Both the position numbers and the translations under genes were made by a program. A DNA stretch of 58,907 nt, counting the filler. It is 5 parts of 5 records of this genome, joined end to end, with 100 filler letters (N's around TTAATTAATTAA, not from the genome) between each part and the next. Parts side by side here need not be neighbours in the genome. Positions count along the whole stretch, not along the records: positions 1 to 20,116 come from SRR20825019_1878; 4 more parts are not named here. The stretch is one strand, 5' to 3'. The notes beneath the pieces were generated by a model. It did no database searches. It was given only the letters and a program-made list of their open reading frames with translations, and was not told where the DNA came from. Below are positions 1-8,863 of the stretch, one piece after another (position 1 is the first letter of the stretch; each line of letters starts with the position of its first letter).

Positions 1-1397
1 TGACTGACTGGACCGTTGACGAGGCCATTGCGCTGACGCGCAAGGAAGAAAAGGACAACATTGCCCGCCTTCGCGAGTTTGTGCGCATCGAGTCTGTGTC
101 GATGACACCTGCCAGGGCCGATGACGTGATGCGGGCTTCCGAATGGCTGGCGCACGAACTCCGACGTATTGGCTTTGAGCATGTGCGCATCCACGAGACC
201 GAAGGGCATCCAATCGTCACGGCAGACTGGCTGAATGCCGGGTCTGATGTTCCGACAGTGCTCATCTACGGTCATGTCGACGTGCAGCCGGTCGAGCCGG
301 TCTCTGAATGGACCGTGCCGCCTTTCGACATCACTGAGCGTGACGACCGCCTCTATGGGCGGGGCTCCACCGACGACAAAGGGCAGCTGCTGATGCATCT
401 CGTCGCGCTCGATGCTTTGATGCGCAACGGTGGCGGCAGACTACCCTGCAACTTCAAGCTGGTTGTCGACGCCGAGGAGGAGATTGGCTCGCCCAGCCTG
501 CTTGGCTGGATGAAATCAAATCCTGAATTGGTCACGGCTGATTTTGCGGTTGTGAGCGATTCGCCGATGTACGACTACAACATGCCGTCGATTGCCTGTT
601 CACTGCGTGGCATTGCCAATCTCGAAGTGGAGCTGCGCAGCGCCGATGGCGATGTGCATGCGGGCCAGTTCGGCGGAGCGATCGCCAATGCGGCCCGTTC
701 GCTGTCCCGCATTCTGGCGGCGTTGCACGATGCCGACGGTTGTGTGACCGTGCCGGGCTTTTATGATGGCGTACCGTCGATCGCCCGGGAAGAACGCGAG
801 CGTTTTGCGTGTCTACCCTTCGACGAGAACGCCTGGATGGCAAGCGTGGGCGCTCTCGGCGCAGAGGGTGAAGCCGGGTTCTCGACGCTGGAGCGTACCT
901 GGGTGCGTCCGACGCTGGAGATCAACGGTCTGTTCTCAGGACACATTGCCGAAGGCACAAAGGCCATCGTGCCGGCTGTGGCAACAGCAAAGCTTTCCTG
1001 CCGGCTGGTCGCGGGTCAGGATCCCGAGGCCCTTCAGAACAAGGTCGCCGAACACATCGCCGCGCTGGCGCCAGCCAATGTGCGTTGTATGGTCAAGCGA
1101 CTGAGCGTCGTGCCGCCAGCGGCAATCGATCACCGGTCGGCGGCGGTGCAGCTCGCCGCCTCGAGCCTGGCGCAAGCCTTTGCCACCGAGGTGTTCCTTG
1201 TGCGAGACGGCGGTGCCATTCCGGCCGTCGCCCATCTCAAGGATCATTTTTCGATGGATACGCTGCTGATGGGGTTCGGATGCCCGGATGAAAACAAGCA
1301 TGGCCCGGACGAATGGCTCGCTATGCTGCACTTCAGGAAAGGCATCGAAGCCCTTATCGCTTACTGGCCAGCTCTTGCACGGACCGGTGCTCAATAA
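1..1397 (+). CDS. M20 family dipeptidase (ArgE/DapE-like); start codon cut by window edge
   Basis: Motifs YGHVDVQP, RGSTDDKG, EEEIGS, H-GPDE. The frame is open back to nt 3 (TG|ACT GAC TGG), so the ATG probably begins one base before the window. Confidence 0.9.
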   Translation, partial: TDWTVDEAIALTRKEEKDNIARLREFVRIESVSMTPARADDVMRASEWLAHELRRIGFEHVRIHETEGHPIVTADWLNAGSDVPTVLIYGHVDVQPVEPVSEWTVPPFDITERDDRLYGRGSTDDKGQLLMHLVALDALMRNGGGRLPCNFKLVVDAEEEIGSPSLLGWMKSNPELVTADFAVVSDSPMYDYNMPSIACSLRGIANLEVELRSADGDVHAGQFGGAIANAARSLSRILAALHDADGCVTVPGFYDGVPSIAREERERFACLPFDENAWMASVGALGAEGEAGFSTLERTWVRPTLEINGLFSGHIAEGTKAIVPAVATAKLSCRLVAGQDPEALQNKVAEHIAALAPANVRCMVKRLSVVPPAAIDHRSAAVQLAASSLAQAFATEVFLVRDGGAIPAVAHLKDHFSMDTLLMGFGCPDENKHGPDEWLAMLHFRKGIEALIAYWPALARTGAQ

Positions 1398-1432
1398 GCT
1401 TCTGCAAACTCACAAGAGACCACGGGACAACC

Positions 1433-1879
1433 ATGAACAACGTGATGAACATCGATCTCGAAACCGCCAATGCACTGATTGCCGCGGGCGTCAGCCGTGC
1501 CAGTGAAATCGGCGTTCCGATGGCGATTTCGGTCGTCGATACCGCAGGCCATGTTGTGGCGCTGCATCGCATGGACAACGCGAACTGGCATACGATTGGA
1601 CTTTCCCAGGGAAAGGCGATGGCGGCGGCCGCGATGCGCCTGCCCAGCGCCGACCTCGGCGCGCGGTGGAAGGATTTTCCCGCTCTTACCACAGCCGCGA
1701 CAGTGCTTAACGGCGGACACTTTGTTCCCCTGCCAGGCGGCTTTCCGCTCAGAGTGAACGGTCAGGTGGTGGGCGCTGTCGGCGCCAGCGGCGGCACTGG
1801 CGCGCAAGACGCCGATGTCTGCCTGCACGGTATTTCCGGCACCGGTCGGTTCGATGCCGAAACGCCGCCAGCGGCATAG
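1433..1879 (+). CDS. GlcG/HbpS/PduO-C family heme-binding protein
   Basis: ISVVDTAGH...RMD...GKA...GGFPL.VNGQVVGAVGASGGT..QD signature. Confidence 0.88.
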   Translation: MNNVMNIDLETANALIAAGVSRASEIGVPMAISVVDTAGHVVALHRMDNANWHTIGLSQGKAMAAAAMRLPSADLGARWKDFPALTTAATVLNGGHFVPLPGGFPLRVNGQVVGAVGASGGTGAQDADVCLHGISGTGRFDAETPPAA

Positions 1880-1903
1880 GCGGCAAGTCGAATTGCGGAG
1901 GAT

Positions 1904-2827
1904 ATGATGGCACGCTTTCTCGCCCGACGGCTTATCCTGGCGTTCGTCGTCGTGTTTGCGGTCGCCTCACTCACCTTTTTCGCCCTCAATCTGAGCGGCG
2001 ATCCGATATCAAACGCGCTTTCCGATGCGGGAGCGAGCGAGGAGCAGATTGCCGCCGTTCGCCATCAGATGGGTTATGACCGGCCGATCATCGTGCGCTA
2101 CGCGGACTTCATTTTCAGTGCCGGGCGCGGCGATTTCGGCCGCTCAATCTTTTATGGCGAGGAGACACTGCCTCTGGTGGTAGCGCGGTTTCCCTATACG
2201 ATGATCCTCGCGGGGGTGGCCATGCTCATCACCGTGCTGGTGGCGATCCCGCTTGGCATCTTGGCGGCCACTTTCCCCGACAGTCTGCTCGATCGGACCA
2301 TCGTGACGCTTGCAGCGCTGGGTCAGTCCGTTCCGATTTTTGTCGTAGGCCCTATCCTGATCCTGATTTTTTCGGTGCATTTGGCGATTCTACCGGTATC
2401 GGGTGCCGAGAGTTTATGGAGTGTGGTGCTGCCGGCAGTAACGCTGTCTTTCTATCCGATGGCCCGTATCACCCGGCTCCTGCGAGCGAGCATGCTTGAG
2501 GTCACAGGTTCTGAGTATGTGCTGACAGCCCGTGCGCGCGGATTTTCCGAGTTTCGTGTTGTTCTGCGCTACATTTCCAACAACGCGCTCCTGCCTGTGC
2601 TCACCGTGCTCGGCCTGCAACTGGGAAACCTGCTTGGCGGGGCTGTGATCGTGGAGACGGTGTTCGCCTGGCCGGGCATTGGCAGTCTCACGCGCGACGC
2701 GTTGATCAACAGCGACTTTCCCTTGGCGCAGGCAGCAGTGATCGTGATCGCCATCGCGGTTGTGGTCGTGAATTTTCTGACCGACGTCGTCTATGCGCTG
2801 GTCGATCCACGAATTCGGTTGAGCTAA
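1904..2827 (+). CDS. Peptide/nickel ABC permease (DppB-like)
   Basis: GDFGRS, EYVLTARARG EAA loop, ETVFAWPGIG, DPRIR end. Confidence 0.92.
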   Translation: MMARFLARRLILAFVVVFAVASLTFFALNLSGDPISNALSDAGASEEQIAAVRHQMGYDRPIIVRYADFIFSAGRGDFGRSIFYGEETLPLVVARFPYTMILAGVAMLITVLVAIPLGILAATFPDSLLDRTIVTLAALGQSVPIFVVGPILILIFSVHLAILPVSGAESLWSVVLPAVTLSFYPMARITRLLRASMLEVTGSEYVLTARARGFSEFRVVLRYISNNALLPVLTVLGLQLGNLLGGAVIVETVFAWPGIGSLTRDALINSDFPLAQAAVIVIAIAVVVVNFLTDVVYALVDPRIRLS

Positions 2828-2829
2828 CC

Positions 2830-3708
2830 ATGTCAGTAATTACGGACGCACAAACCTCTCCGCCTCGACGTCGCAAAAGGCGACTTGCGCGACGGCGCAT
2901 CGGTGTCGTTGTGGCGCTTGCCGTGCTGCTGATCCTCTTCGCCCTGGCGCTCAGCGCACCACTGTGGGCCGTCGATCCGGCGAAGCAGTCTCTGCTCGAC
3001 GCGGAACTGCCGCCTTATCCGCTCAACGGCTCTGTTCCCGGGCATCCTCTGGGCACCGATGAACTTGGCCGTGATCAGCTTTCCCGCATTCTGTTCGGCT
3101 TGCGAACGTCAATCACCATCTCAGCCCTTGCCATGATGCTGGCGATGAGTATTGGCACGGCGATTGGTATCATCGCCGGGTTCTTCCGGGGCCTTGTAGA
3201 GGAAGTTCTGATGCGTATCGTTGATGTGCAGATGTCCTTTCCAGCCATCCTTCTGGTGGTCACATTCGTCACTGCGGTGGGCCCCAGCTTCCAGTCGATT
3301 GTCATCGTGCTGGCGCTGTCGGTGTGGGTGGTGTTCGCGCGTGTGGCGCGTGCCCAGGTTCTGGCATTGCGCGATTCTGATCTTATCCTGGCCATGCGGG
3401 CGCTTGGAGCTTCGACGCCGCGTATTCTGTTCTTGCATATAGTGCCGAACATCGCCGGCCCGCTGATTGTCATTGCCACACTTGAAATGGCCACCCTGAT
3501 CGTTGCCGAGTCGGCACTCGGTTATCTGGGGCTTGGCGTTCCGCCGCCGACACCCAGTCTGGGTGCCATGATCGCTTCAGGGCAATTCGGCCTGATCACT
3601 GGCGTCTGGTGGCTTGTGGTCGGTCCAGGGCTTGCCATGACAGCATTCATTATGTGCATCAATGTTCTGGGTGACCGGCTCCGCGACCGGCTTGACCCCC
3701 GTAGTTAG
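2830..3708 (+). CDS. Peptide/nickel ABC permease (DppC-like)
   Basis: HPLGTDELGRD, RALGAS..RI...HI.PN, GD.LRD.LDPR end. Confidence 0.92.
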   Translation: MSVITDAQTSPPRRRKRRLARRRIGVVVALAVLLILFALALSAPLWAVDPAKQSLLDAELPPYPLNGSVPGHPLGTDELGRDQLSRILFGLRTSITISALAMMLAMSIGTAIGIIAGFFRGLVEEVLMRIVDVQMSFPAILLVVTFVTAVGPSFQSIVIVLALSVWVVFARVARAQVLALRDSDLILAMRALGASTPRILFLHIVPNIAGPLIVIATLEMATLIVAESALGYLGLGVPPPTPSLGAMIASGQFGLITGVWWLVVGPGLAMTAFIMCINVLGDRLRDRLDPRS

Positions 3709-3727
3709 CAGAGAGGTCGACCTGACC

Positions 3728-3830
3728 TTAGGTGCTTGATCTTGATATTGGTGGCGTCGTCTTTGAATCCGGGCAGGCATCCTGGGCGGGCACTGCATCG
3801 CTGGCTCTCACTGATGAAGGGCTGCCGACA
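3728..3830 (+). pseudogene. 5' relic of a HAD-superfamily hydrolase
   Basis: With a 1-nt frameshift it reads LRCLI(L)DIGGVVFESG, matching HAD motif I DxGGV; the rest of the gene is absent. Confidence 0.4.
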
Positions 3831-3876
3831 CAGAGCATGTCAAAGTCCTGCGTGATCTGCTCCATCATTTCGACAC

Positions 3877-4003
3877 TCACTGGATACGCGCGCGCAGCCG
3901 GTCGGTGATGAATTCCATGGCGAGCACGATCGCGAAGATCACGAGAATGGAGGGGCGTAATCCCGGAAAGACGTCCAGGTACCATATGCGTGCTTTCAGC
4001 CAT
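3877..4003 (-). pseudogene. phnE: Collapsed phosphonate ABC permease (phnE-like) relic
   Basis: ATG overlaps the phnC-like stop (MAESTHMV...) and is joined out of frame to a PhnE-type C-terminus ILVIFAIVLAMEFITDRLRARIQ*. Confidence 0.6.
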
Positions 4004-4172
4004 CGAATGCGTCTTTCAGATCGCTTTGCGAAACCTTGTCGCTCGCCTTGTCGAAGAGGATGCGTCCATTCTTCAAAGCCACGACCCGGCTCGCATATGT
4101 CAGCGCATGCTCCATGTCGTGTGAGGTGGAAAGCAGCATTACGCCGTGTTCGGCGCACAGTCGGGCAGACAG
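3996..4172 (-). pseudogene. phnC: 3' fragment of phosphonate ABC ATPase (phnC-like)
   Basis: LCAEHGVMLLSTSHDMEHALTYASRVVALKNGRILFD = ABC H-loop and C-terminus; Walker motifs absent. Confidence 0.7.
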
Positions 4173-4173
4173 G

Positions 4174-4929
4174 TTAATCCACAACCCCGCGCGATATGAA
4201 CCAAAGCATATCGGAGCGCTCCAGAAGCAACAGGGCAACGGGGAGGGCCACTGTCTCGAAGGTCGGAGCAATGTCGGAAAGCCCCATGGCGGCAAGGTAC
4301 CGGTCAACCGTTTCCCGGATAATCGCGCCAGGGTTCGGCAGGATGAGTGGAAATCCGGAAAGCGCCTCGCGTACGGGACGCTGAAGCGCGGGGTGGCCCG
4401 TGCGAGCGACAAGAAGAATGGGCTCTTCATAGAGATATTCGAATGACAGACCAGGCATGTCCCGGGCGGAAGGCATTCGCCCCACCATCAGGTCGATTTT
4501 TCCTCCACGCAGCATCTCAATGAGATACCGGTTTGGTCCGGTAATGACCCCGATCCGCGCCTGGGGGCGAGCCTGAGCGAAGTCCAGGGCCACGGAGGGG
4601 AAGAACCCGCCCGCCACTGTTGGCAAGACGCCCACCTTCACCAGATCGACGGCTGCACCGCCCGAGAGGCTGCGCACACCGGCTTCAAGATTTTGCAGTG
4701 CCGAGAGCGCATGCATCCGAAATCCCTCCCCGGCAGGGGTGAGAACGGCGTTCCGGCCGGCTCGCTCGAACAATGCCGAACCCAAGAGCGTCTCAAGCTC
4801 GCGGATGGTTTTCGAGAGGGCAGGCTGCGAGACGCCGCGCGCTCTCGCCGCGGCAGAAATGCTGCCATGCTGGCAGGCCGATAGAAAGGCCTGAACATGG
4901 CGCAGTTTCATGCCGAGAGGTATATCCAT
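4174..4929 (-). pseudogene. pcaQ: LysR regulator PcaQ, C-terminally truncated
   Basis: MKLRHV...VSQPALSKTIRELE HTH, divergent from pcaCHGB; stops at ISRGVVD* (~251 aa vs ~300 aa typical) at the junction with the phnC relic. Confidence 0.8.
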
Positions 4930-4937
4930 ATGGTTAT
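4922..4937. promoter_or_regulatory. PcaQ operator
   Basis: ATATCC-ATAT-GGTTAT resembles the rhizobial PcaQ box ATAACC-N4-GGTTA(T/A) and overlaps the pcaQ start. Confidence 0.7.
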
Positions 4938-5109
4938 GCGTTTTTGCATATCTTAATATTTTTTCGGAGGAAGAAATTATGTCAGTCTGCCTGTGGAGCT
5001 GGTCGCGCAGGTAATAAACGCTGCCGGGTTCGGCCGGCGCAATCGTGTATGGGGCCCTGAACAGGTGAAACCCCTTGCTGCACATCCTTCCGGTGATGAA
5101 TGTCGCATG

Positions 5110-5194
5110 TCCGGGGAGGCGTCGACTTGCCCGCGGTGGGAACATCGGCTGAATTGCGAAGAGGTGCATGACCTTTGTGGAAAGGATGCTGTGA
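5110..5194 (+). pseudogene. Possible degenerate 3' remnant of pcaD
   Basis: LPAV-like and MTFVERML* segments end in a TGA overlapping the pcaC ATG, at the position pcaD normally occupies. Confidence 0.35.
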
Positions 5195-5577
5195 TGAGTG
5201 ACAGGTATGACAGGGGCATGAAAGTGCGCCGCGAGGTGCTCGGAGATGCGCATGTGGATCGGGCGGAGGCCGCCAAGACCGCATTTGATCAGTCTTTTCA
5301 GTCGCTGATCACCGAAGGTGCCTGGGGCACGGTGTGGGCGTCTGACCGCCTTACCCGTCGCGAGCGGTCCATGCTGACCGTCGCGCTTCTTGCAGCGACT
5401 GGCAATTTTGAGGAAATTCCAATGCATATACGCGCCACGGCCCGCACGGGTGCCTCCCGGGAAGACATCGCAGAGGCATTGCAACACGTCGCCATCTATG
5501 CCGGTGTGCCAAAGGCCAACCATGCCCTCAAGCTTGCCAAACAAACTTACGCGGAAATGGAGGAGAATGACGAATGA
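5194..5577 (+). CDS. pcaC: 4-carboxymuconolactone decarboxylase
   Basis: GMKVRREVLGDAHVDRA, AWGTVW, RRERSM, AIYAGVP. Confidence 0.95.
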   Translation: MSDRYDRGMKVRREVLGDAHVDRAEAAKTAFDQSFQSLITEGAWGTVWASDRLTRRERSMLTVALLAATGNFEEIPMHIRATARTGASREDIAEALQHVAIYAGVPKANHALKLAKQTYAEMEENDE

Positions 5578-6302
5578 GGGATCTCGGACCACTCATCCCG
5601 CGCAATCATTCGGTTCATCCGGCAGCTTATGCTGAGGACTACAAGACAAGCGTGACGCGCTCGCCCAATCTGCCGCTTCTTTCGATGGAGAGCACACCCT
5701 CGGAGGAAACCGGCCCTGTTTTCGGGGCAGAACTGATCGGTGAGCTGGACAACAACCTCATCCTCAACTGGTCCAAGGGGCTTGCCCCCGCCGTGGGCGA
5801 ACGCATTCTCGTGCATGGACGTGTGCTGGACGAGAATTGCCGGCCGGTGCCAAATGCGCTTCTCGAGATTTGGCAGGCCAATGCCGGTGGCCGCTACAGG
5901 CATGTCAAGGATACCTATTTTGCCCCGCTCGATCCGAATTTCGGTGGATGTGGCCGCACGCTCACGGACGAAAGCGGCTATTATGAATTCCTCACGATCC
6001 GGCCGGGCGCATACCCCTGGCCGAACCGTGCCAATGACTGGCGCCCGATGCATATCCACTTTTCGATCTACGGCCAAAGTTTCGGCCAGCGCCTCGTCAC
6101 GCAGATGTATTTCGAGGGGGATCCGCTGATTGCCCATTGCCCGATCGCAGCGACCGTCAGGGACCGCAGTCATCTCGATCGCCTTGTGGCGCCGCTCGAC
6201 CTGTCGAAATCGCGCCCGCTCGATTACCTCGCATACAAGTTCGATATTGTGTTGCGCGGTCGTCGACAGACAATGTTTGAAAACAGGCTGGAGGGCATGT
6301 GA
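5574..6302 (+). CDS. pcaH: Protocatechuate 3,4-dioxygenase beta subunit
   Basis: EIWQANAGGRYRH, PGAYPW, WRPMHIHFS iron ligands. Confidence 0.97.
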   Translation: MRDLGPLIPRNHSVHPAAYAEDYKTSVTRSPNLPLLSMESTPSEETGPVFGAELIGELDNNLILNWSKGLAPAVGERILVHGRVLDENCRPVPNALLEIWQANAGGRYRHVKDTYFAPLDPNFGGCGRTLTDESGYYEFLTIRPGAYPWPNRANDWRPMHIHFSIYGQSFGQRLVTQMYFEGDPLIAHCPIAATVRDRSHLDRLVAPLDLSKSRPLDYLAYKFDIVLRGRRQTMFENRLEGM

Positions 6303-6904
6303 TCATGGTTCAGAAGCTGGCCACTCTTGCTGAAACGCCTTCCCAGACCGCCGGTCCATACGTTCACATCGGCCTGATGCCCACTTATGCAGGCAATGCC
6401 GGTTCCTTCTCTCAGGAGATTGGTGCGTCGCCCGTCAAAGATGACGTGAAGGGGCAGATGATAGAAATTGTCGGTTCCGTCTTCGACGGCACGGGATGGG
6501 TGTTGCGCGACGCGCTGATCGAAAGCTGGCAGTGCGATGGAGAAGGCAAGTTCCCGGGACAGGATGGCGCCGACCCGAATGTTTCGGGCCATTGCCGCTT
6601 CGCCGTCGATGAGGCAACCGGCGAGTTCAGGCTTAAAACGGTCAAACCGGGAAGCTATATGGGGCGTGGAGGTGTGAGAAGCGCACCTCACATTTCATTG
6701 TGGATTGTCGCGCGCGGTATCAATACAGGGCTCAACACACGGATCTACTTCGAGGATGAGGACAATTCTGGCGATCCGTTGCTGGGACGCATCGAGCAGC
6801 GCCCGCGCGCGGAAACGCTGATCGCAAAGAAAGTTGCCGATGGGAAATACCGTTTCGACATCCGTCTTCAGGGCGAGCGCGAGACGGTGTTTCTCGATCT
6901 CTGA
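6299..6904 (+). CDS. pcaG: Protocatechuate 3,4-dioxygenase alpha subunit
   Basis: ETPSQTAGPYVHIGL, ARGIN.GL.TRIYF, YRFDIRLQGE.ETVF. Confidence 0.97.
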   Translation: MIMVQKLATLAETPSQTAGPYVHIGLMPTYAGNAGSFSQEIGASPVKDDVKGQMIEIVGSVFDGTGWVLRDALIESWQCDGEGKFPGQDGADPNVSGHCRFAVDEATGEFRLKTVKPGSYMGRGGVRSAPHISLWIVARGINTGLNTRIYFEDEDNSGDPLLGRIEQRPRAETLIAKKVADGKYRFDIRLQGERETVFLDL

Positions 6905-6968
6905 CAGATGCAATTGATAGCGCAGCGCCGATCAAGGCAGCTCGAACAATGTCGAAAGGCTCTTCGGG

Positions 6969-8054
6969 ATGAACGTTTCGGTTTTTGATCATCCATGGCT
7001 GGCGGGCTTGTTCGGCGACCCGGAGATGGCCTCGATCCTGGGCCCAGATCGGCAGATGAGCCACATGCTGTCCTTCGAGGCTGCCTGGTCGCGGGCCTGT
7101 GGGCGCGCAGGCTTTTTCGATGCTGAACAGGCCGAGGCGGCGGCGCTCGCAATCGAGAAAGCACAGATCGACCTGTCGGACATCGCTGCCGGCATGGCAC
7201 AGGACGGTGTGCCGGTGCCGCGGTTGGTTCGGCAGTTAAAGGCGATAGCGGGGCCGGACGCGGTTCATCGTCATGCCACATCTCAGGATGTCGTGGACAC
7301 GGCGCTTGCCCTGACTCTGAAAGAGGCCTCCGATCTTCTGGAAGTGCGCCTCAGGGCGCTGGTGGCATCGCTCGATCAACTCGTCGATCGTTTTGGGGAC
7401 GCGCCCCTGATGGGGCGTACGCGAATGCAGGCGGCCACCATGATTGCAGTCCGTGACCGGGCCAAGACCTGGCGCCTTCCGCTGGATGACCATCTGAAGC
7501 GTCTGTCCGCGCTGCGCCCTGTTGTCGAACGGGTTCAGATTGGTGGCGCTTCCGGTGATCGCAAGGCAGTTGGCGCTCTCGCCGACACCATCGTTGCCGA
7601 TGTTGCCGAAACCCTCGGTCTCGCACCCGCAGGCGAGGCCTGGCACGCCATGCGCCACAGCATCGCCGACTACGCATCGTTTCTTTCCCTTGTCACGGGG
7701 ACACTTGGCAAGTTCGGGCAGGATGTGATGCTGATGGCGCAACAGGGGATCGACGAAATCGCGCTTTCGGGTGGCGGTGGATCATCGGCGATGCCGCATA
7801 AGCAGAACCCGGTGCTGGCCGAACTTCTCGTAACGCTTGGCCGGTTCAATGCTACGCAGGTTTCCGCCATGCATCATGCGATGATCCATGAGCAGGAGCG
7901 GTCGGGAGCGGCATGGAGCCTTGAATGGATGGTGCTTCCGCAAATGTTGATGGCGACTGCACGGGCGCTTTCAGCCGCGAGGGACATGTCTCTGGCGATA
8001 ACGCGGATTGGCGAACCGTCTGAGGATCGCAAAAACACCAGTCTTGATGATTGA
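6969..8054 (+). CDS. pcaB: 3-carboxy-cis,cis-muconate cycloisomerase (short rhizobial type)
   Basis: ATSQDVVDT, GSSAMPHKQNP, HEQERSGAAW. Confidence 0.95.
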   Translation: MNVSVFDHPWLAGLFGDPEMASILGPDRQMSHMLSFEAAWSRACGRAGFFDAEQAEAAALAIEKAQIDLSDIAAGMAQDGVPVPRLVRQLKAIAGPDAVHRHATSQDVVDTALALTLKEASDLLEVRLRALVASLDQLVDRFGDAPLMGRTRMQAATMIAVRDRAKTWRLPLDDHLKRLSALRPVVERVQIGGASGDRKAVGALADTIVADVAETLGLAPAGEAWHAMRHSIADYASFLSLVTGTLGKFGQDVMLMAQQGIDEIALSGGGGSSAMPHKQNPVLAELLVTLGRFNATQVSAMHHAMIHEQERSGAAWSLEWMVLPQMLMATARALSAARDMSLAITRIGEPSEDRKNTSLDD

Positions 8055-8071
8055 TCAGCCGCGACCACTGT

Positions 8072-8095
8072 GAGGCAGCGCCGAGACGCTGCCTC
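8072..8095. terminator. Stem-loop between pcaB and the amidase relic
   Basis: GAGGCAGCG-ccgaga-CGCTGCCTC perfect 9-bp stem; no U-tract. Confidence 0.45.
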
Positions 8096-8115
8096 TCACG
8101 GGGCGCGCAGCCCGG

Positions 8116-8470
8116 TCAGGTGTGGAGGGCAGTCGGTGCAGGCACTGGCATCGGCAGCTGCCCCGTGATGCCCTCCACCAACTGCCCAGGCTTCAGGAGC
8201 ACCGCTTCCGAATGGGCGGGGCCGATGAACTGCACACCGAAAGGCAGGCCGTATGAATGCCGCCCCGCGGGGACCGACAGCGCCGGTACGCCCGTCAGAT
8301 TTGCAGCGGCGTTCAACCTCACATAAGCCTCCACGACCTGCTCTTCACTTCCGTCCTGCCAGATGAGTGCTTTCTGGCCGCGTCGTGCTGCCACGGTTGG
8401 CACAGTGGGAACGATCAACGCGTCGATCTTCTGGAACATCTCCACCCAGGCGCGCTCCAGCAGCTCGAGA
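8116..8470 (-). pseudogene. 3' fragment of an amidase-signature family enzyme
   Basis: DALIVPTVP...ANLTGVPALSVPAG...GLPFGVQFIGPAHSEAVLL; catalytic N-terminal part missing. Confidence 0.8.
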
Positions 8471-8679
8471 TGATTCTCGGACGCCAGGCACAGGAGGAAG
8501 ACCTGCCGACAGATGTCGATAAGCTTCTCGATCGGGTTATCGCTCCGATCATGTATCGTATCCTGATTACGGAGGCCCCACCGGGCCGGGAGTATGCGCA
8601 GGAATTGCTCGACAGAGCATTGGAGACCGGTCACCTTCGGCCGGTGAAGCGCCATAAACAAGGCTCCTGGCCGCGGTAG
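8452..8679 (+). pseudogene. 3' fragment of a TetR-family regulator (C-terminal domain only)
   Basis: QQLEMILGR...DVDKLLDRVIAPIMYRILI...YAQELLDRAL; no HTH upstream. Confidence 0.6.
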
Positions 8680-8806
8680 GCGATCGCCATCAAGCGGTCT
8701 GCATTTCAGCGTGCATGGCTTTGGAAACACTCTCGGCGCTTGTGTCGTCTGCCTGATCGCGCGCTGCCGCAGGTTATCCTTAAGCTCAGGTCTGGTCCTT
8801 CGTGCG

Positions 8807-8860
8807 TTGACTCCTGCCAATCTATAAAGTACAGGATTATACAGGTTCACTGGACAGGTT
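8807..8860 (+). promoter_or_regulatory. Promoter and ACAGG direct repeats upstream of GntR
   Basis: TTGACT (8807) then 17 nt then TACAGG; ACAGG at 8831, 8841, 8854. Confidence 0.5.
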
Positions 8861-8863
8861 TAT

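Noticed and set aside
4930-5592. 472-aa LysR ORF with a long N-terminus
   Set aside because: The extension is antisense to pcaC; the HTH starts at ~4929.
8471-8850. 244-aa amidase ORF as an intact gene
   Set aside because: Only the last ~115 aa resemble an amidase; the upstream part is antisense TetR relic and promoter.
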